A stretch of DNA of 64,000 nt from an uncultured delta proteobacterium (GTDB taxonomy: Bacteria; Desulfobacterota; Syntrophorhabdia; Syntrophorhabdales; WCHB1-27). The DNA is taken from positions 224,001 through 288,000 of the forward strand of contig CAWEPK010000005.1 of the NCBI GenBank assembly GCA_963810935.1. Direction: 5' to 3'. The notes beneath the pieces were generated by a model. It ran no database searches. It had not been told where the DNA came from and worked only from the letters and a program-made list of their open reading frames with translations. This document shows positions 60,888 to 64,000 of this stretch, piece after piece (position 1 is the stretch's first letter; every line of letters starts with the position of its first letter). The translations under genes and the position numbers were made by a program.

Positions 60888-62222
60888 TTATAGCCGCCCG
60901 TAATCAACAAGCAGGTAGCCGCTGGGACTGACAACGACGGCCTCGGGCTTCACTTTCAAGACTTCGTCCGCCATAACGCCGATCCGGTAACTCCCAAAAA
61001 TCTTGTAGGCGTAAATGCCTATGCCGAGAGGATGTGTACCTATGCGCCTTATATCGGTTTTCAAGCGCCTGTCCGAGGGGGTCGTCGTGACGATCGTGGG
61101 CTGGTGGAGCACGTAGGCGAACCCAAGCGACGCGCTCTCGCCCTGATACAGGAAAAGCTGCTTAATATACTGGTCAACCCACATATCCATCTTCGCGATG
61201 GTCGTCTTCGGCACGTAGATAACGGCGTTGTTGGGCACGATCATATCCTGCTCGAGGCTCAGGCCGCTGAACATCTTGAATAAGTCCATCGTGCGCACCA
61301 TCGGCTCGTTCTTCTCGTTCCAGTACAGGATCTTCACGTTCTTGAGCGTGCCCGTCGGCGACACGCCGCCTGCCTGCGCGATAGCCTGCAGCACGGTCGT
61401 AGGCTTCGGCAGCGGCACCGGGCCGGGCCGCGGCACTTCGCCGAAGACGAACGCCCTGCTCCCCCCCAGGCTGTCGATCAGGACCGACACTGTCAGGTTG
61501 TTGAACTCGTACCGGTATTCGTTGTTGATGGCGTCGTTCAGCTCGTCGATGGTCCTGTTCGCCGCCTTTACAGGCTTGAGGAGAGGCAGGTAGACGTTTC
61601 CGTCGGGGCCTATCGGGAAGAGCTTCGCCTGACCTCTCGGGGCATTCGTGATCGCCTTCTGTAGCTCGGTGATCTTTGAGGAGTATTTGTTGACGCTAAC
61701 CGTAATGATAGGCTTGTTGAGAATATCGGAGTAGGTCTTCCCCACGTTCGAGGCAAGCTCTTCCGGCCTTAAGCCCGCAGCCATGAAATCGCCCTTGATG
61801 GGCAGGGTAATTTTACCGTCCGGCCGGACGACGACGGTGCGGTTGATCTGTGGCTGGTAGAAGAAATCGACGTTCAGCTCGTCGTTCACGCCGATCCTGT
61901 AAGCCTGCGTCTCCGATACGAGCGAGAGGTGGTACATCACCTCGAGGCTGTCTCCGGGGGACAACCTGTAGCGCGTAAGGCCGTCTTTAGCCTCTCTTAT
62001 CAGGTTTTGCCGCAGCTTGGCTTTTTCGGCCTCGGGGAGGCTCTCGGTATCGGGAAGGCGAACCATCTCGCCGTCGGGCATACGCTTCACCTCACCGGTG
62101 CGAACCGGGGTGCATCCGCCAAAGACGACAAAAAGAGACAGGGCTGCTACAGGCAGGAATGATGAAAAACCTATGTATAACAATCTTTTCAAATTCAGCG
62201 GCGCATACAAAGAGCAACGCAT
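60888..62222 (-). CDS. wza: Wza/OPX polysaccharide export lipoprotein with C-terminal Peptidase_S74-like domain (start 62222 or TTG 62192)
   Basis: Lipobox FGGC; YRIGVNDEL..VRPDGKITLP; VFGEVPRPG..QAIAQAGG; then SDRRLKTDI..IGVMADEV..PEAV..GYLLVDY. Confidence 0.9.
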   Translation of the reverse strand: MRCSLYAPLNLKRLLYIGFSSFLPVAALSLFVVFGGCTPVRTGEVKRMPDGEMVRLPDTESLPEAEKAKLRQNLIREAKDGLTRYRLSPGDSLEVMYHLSLVSETQAYRIGVNDELNVDFFYQPQINRTVVVRPDGKITLPIKGDFMAAGLRPEELASNVGKTYSDILNKPIITVSVNKYSSKITELQKAITNAPRGQAKLFPIGPDGNVYLPLLKPVKAANRTIDELNDAINNEYRYEFNNLTVSVLIDSLGGSRAFVFGEVPRPGPVPLPKPTTVLQAIAQAGGVSPTGTLKNVKILYWNEKNEPMVRTMDLFKMFSGLSLEQDMIVPNNAVIYVPKTTIAKMDMWVDQYIKQLFLYQGESASLGFAYVLHQPTIVTTTPSDRRLKTDIRRIGTHPLGIGIYAYKIFGSYRIGVMADEVLKVKPEAVVVSPSGYLLVDYGRL

Positions 62223-62255
62223 GTGGGCTGCACCTTTTATCCTCCAAGCAGGAAA

Positions 62256-62290
62256 GCTACCGCCCTTTCTTCGCCGAGGTACACCTCGCC
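62256..62290 (-). promoter_or_regulatory. ops-like element with upstream hairpin in the EPS operon leader
   Basis: Minus strand CGAGGTGTACCTCG hairpin then AAGGGCGGTAGC; TTGACA at 62342-62347 further upstream. Confidence 0.45.
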
Positions 62291-62415
62291 AAAGCTTGCC
62301 CAAGGCGCTAATGTATAATTGGTACAATGATTAGGGTAGCTTGTCAAGCATTTTCTGTATTTTCTGCTTTACTTTTTACGTTATTTGCGTTTATTGTTAT
62401 TGTTAAAGGGGAGAG

Positions 62416-62751
62416 GTGAGCTTGACCCAGGCTGCCATCACCACAAAGACGTTTAAGGAGCTTATTGCGGCAGGAGGCGGCTGCAAGATAACCCTTTTTG
62501 GGCAAAATTCCGGTTTCCGCGTTGTTATACGCTACGGGGCGATAGAGAGCATTTTATCAGGCGTCCGTGGCTCTCCCCGGCTTTTTTCGTCCCTGAATAC
62601 GGCTGTAAGCTACCTTGCAAGCGTAGGGATATTTATCTTCGAGGTAAACGCGGCGGAATACAAGCCCGGCCTGATCAGGAGCCCACGTCCCGACCGGGCG
62701 AAGGCACTTAGGGAAACGAGAAAGAACCCGAAGCAGGAGCGCCTCATATGA
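62416..62751 (+). CDS. Hypothetical protein resembling plasmid/ICE ParC-like small proteins
   Basis: GGGAG RBS; RLFSSLNTAVSYL..VGI..FEVNAA.Y..RPDRAKALR; family assignment from recall. Confidence 0.55.
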   Translation: MSLTQAAITTKTFKELIAAGGGCKITLFGQNSGFRVVIRYGAIESILSGVRGSPRLFSSLNTAVSYLASVGIFIFEVNAAEYKPGLIRSPRPDRAKALRETRKNPKQERLI

Positions 62752-62866
62752 AGGCTCCGGGCGTCGGCCTGTGTGCAGGGAGTGCCTTGATTATGTTGAC
62801 AGAAAGATATCTCTATCCTATACTCCACTCTAACCGGGGCCGCCCCCCGGCATGGGGGACGCATTT

Positions 62867-63451
62867 ATGTCGATAAAGCCTTTCACGCTCGTGTGCGCGG
62901 CTGTCTTTGCAGCCTCTTTTCTGTTCGGCTGCGAATCGGTTAGCAGGCTGGAGGAACCCCCGGGGCTGCTGAGGGTCGAAACCGAGGCGGTGCCTGCCCC
63001 GGAGGCCAAGGTAGCCCAGCCTGAGGCCAAGACCGCACTCTGTCCGGATTGTGCGGCGCGTCTCAAAGGCCCCAAGGCAGCGCCCGTTTACCGGTCGGGT
63101 CCGAGGCTCTCCGAGGCGCCGGGCCTTGCGGACATCTATTTCGATTACGACAAACACGCGATAACTCCTGCCGCGGCCCGCATCCTCAGGAACAACGCGG
63201 CATGGTTCAGGGCCAACCCCGGAGTAAAGGTCAGGGTCGAAGGGTACTGTGACGAGAGGGGCACCGGCAAATACAACGTACGCCTCGGACAGCAGAGGGC
63301 CGAAGCCGCTAAGAACTTTCTCGTGAAGCTGGGCGTCAATAGAAGGCTTCTGGAGGTATCCACCTATGGCAGTGATAAACCCGATCCATCAGACCATAAT
63401 CTTCGGGCTTGGGCTAAGAACAGGAAGGTCCATTTTGAGCCGGTCCAGTAG
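62867..63451 (+). CDS. OmpA/Pal-like peptidoglycan-associated lipoprotein
   Basis: Lipobox LFGC; IYFDYDK, VEGYCDERG..YN..LGQQRA, YG..KP, NRKV. Confidence 0.9.
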   Translation: MSIKPFTLVCAAVFAASFLFGCESVSRLEEPPGLLRVETEAVPAPEAKVAQPEAKTALCPDCAARLKGPKAAPVYRSGPRLSEAPGLADIYFDYDKHAITPAAARILRNNAAWFRANPGVKVRVEGYCDERGTGKYNVRLGQQRAEAAKNFLVKLGVNRRLLEVSTYGSDKPDPSDHNLRAWAKNRKVHFEPVQ

Positions 63452-64000
63452 GTACTGCCTCATAGCCGCCGTAATCGTCACGGCCTCGCTCTGCCTTGCC
63501 GCGCCGTCTCATGCCTTCAATCCTGCGGACTACCAGAGGCTCCTTACGACCAACTCCTGCCCGAAATGCGACCTCGAGCAGCTCGACCTCTCGTCCGCCG
63601 ACCTTGCGGCCGCAGTCCTTAACGGTGCAAACCTCGTCGATACGGACCTCACTTTTACGAACCTTTATCATTCCAGGTTGGAAGGCGTCTCGCTGAAGAC
63701 AGGCAATCTGTCCGGCGCAAACCTGACAGGGGCAAACCTGGCGGGGGCGAATCTTACAGGGGCAAACCTTTTCGACGCGAACCTGACCGGGGCAAACCTT
63801 ATGGGGGCGAATCTGACCGGGGCAAACCTCGTTGCAGCCAAGTTTTTCGGCGCCAATCTTTCAAGGGCCAATTTTTCGGGGGCGAACCTCTCCCGCGCCA
63901 TCCTTTCGCACGCAGACGTCACAAGGGCAAACCTGGCGGGGGCAAACCTCAACAAGGTCATTATGAAGTGGGCGGACTTCGCGGGCAGCAACCTGTCGCG
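63435..64000 (+). CDS. Secreted pentapeptide-repeat protein (runs off the window)
   Basis: TTG start, signal peptide, LLTTNSCPKCDL, then tandem GANL-type pentapeptides (15-nt DNA repeats). Confidence 0.88.
   Translation, partial: MSRSSRYCLIAAVIVTASLCLAAPSHAFNPADYQRLLTTNSCPKCDLEQLDLSSADLAAAVLNGANLVDTDLTFTNLYHSRLEGVSLKTGNLSGANLTGANLAGANLTGANLFDANLTGANLMGANLTGANLVAAKFFGANLSRANFSGANLSRAILSHADVTRANLAGANLNKVIMKWADFAGSNLS

Noticed and set aside
60888..61076. Prophage remnant
   Set aside because: No other phage genes or integrase; the domain is in frame within wza
63700..64000. 15-nt tandem repeat and antisense RFAP ORF 63668..63991
   Set aside because: Explained by the plus-strand pentapeptide-repeat gene

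Overview
GC-rich bacterial chromosomal segment. Gene content and style (selB, sigma-54 activator, TRAP transporter, three thiolases, DUF35 partners) suggest an anaerobic deltaproteobacterial (Syntrophorhabdus/Desulfobacterota-like) organism; this is inference, not a taxonomic search. About 14 single-base indels split ordinary genes, most likely uncorrected long-read errors. Contents in order: selB; thermonuclease; a sigma-54 activator with divergent small genes; an acyl-CoA/beta-oxidation block (thiolases, DUF35, crotonase, hbd, GntR, CoA ligase, TRAP); an internally deleted ruvX remnant before mltG; tRNA-His; a SpoIID/murU/amgK-like peptidoglycan recycling trio; an unusual convergent isoprenoid-tailoring cluster (MppR-like, LolA-like, divergent UbiA-like, polyprenyl synthase, UbiE-like methyltransferase, GGR-like reductase); and a ~22 kb Wzx/Wzy-type exopolysaccharide operon. 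Best leads: (1) the Wza/OPX export lipoprotein ends in a fused phage-type Peptidase_S74-like self-cleaving chaperone domain, alongside a Walker-A-degenerate tyrosine kinase, an extended co-polymerase and an ops-like leader; (2) the isoprenoid cluster; (3) a four-copy dispersed repeat that conserves structure while varying in sequence.
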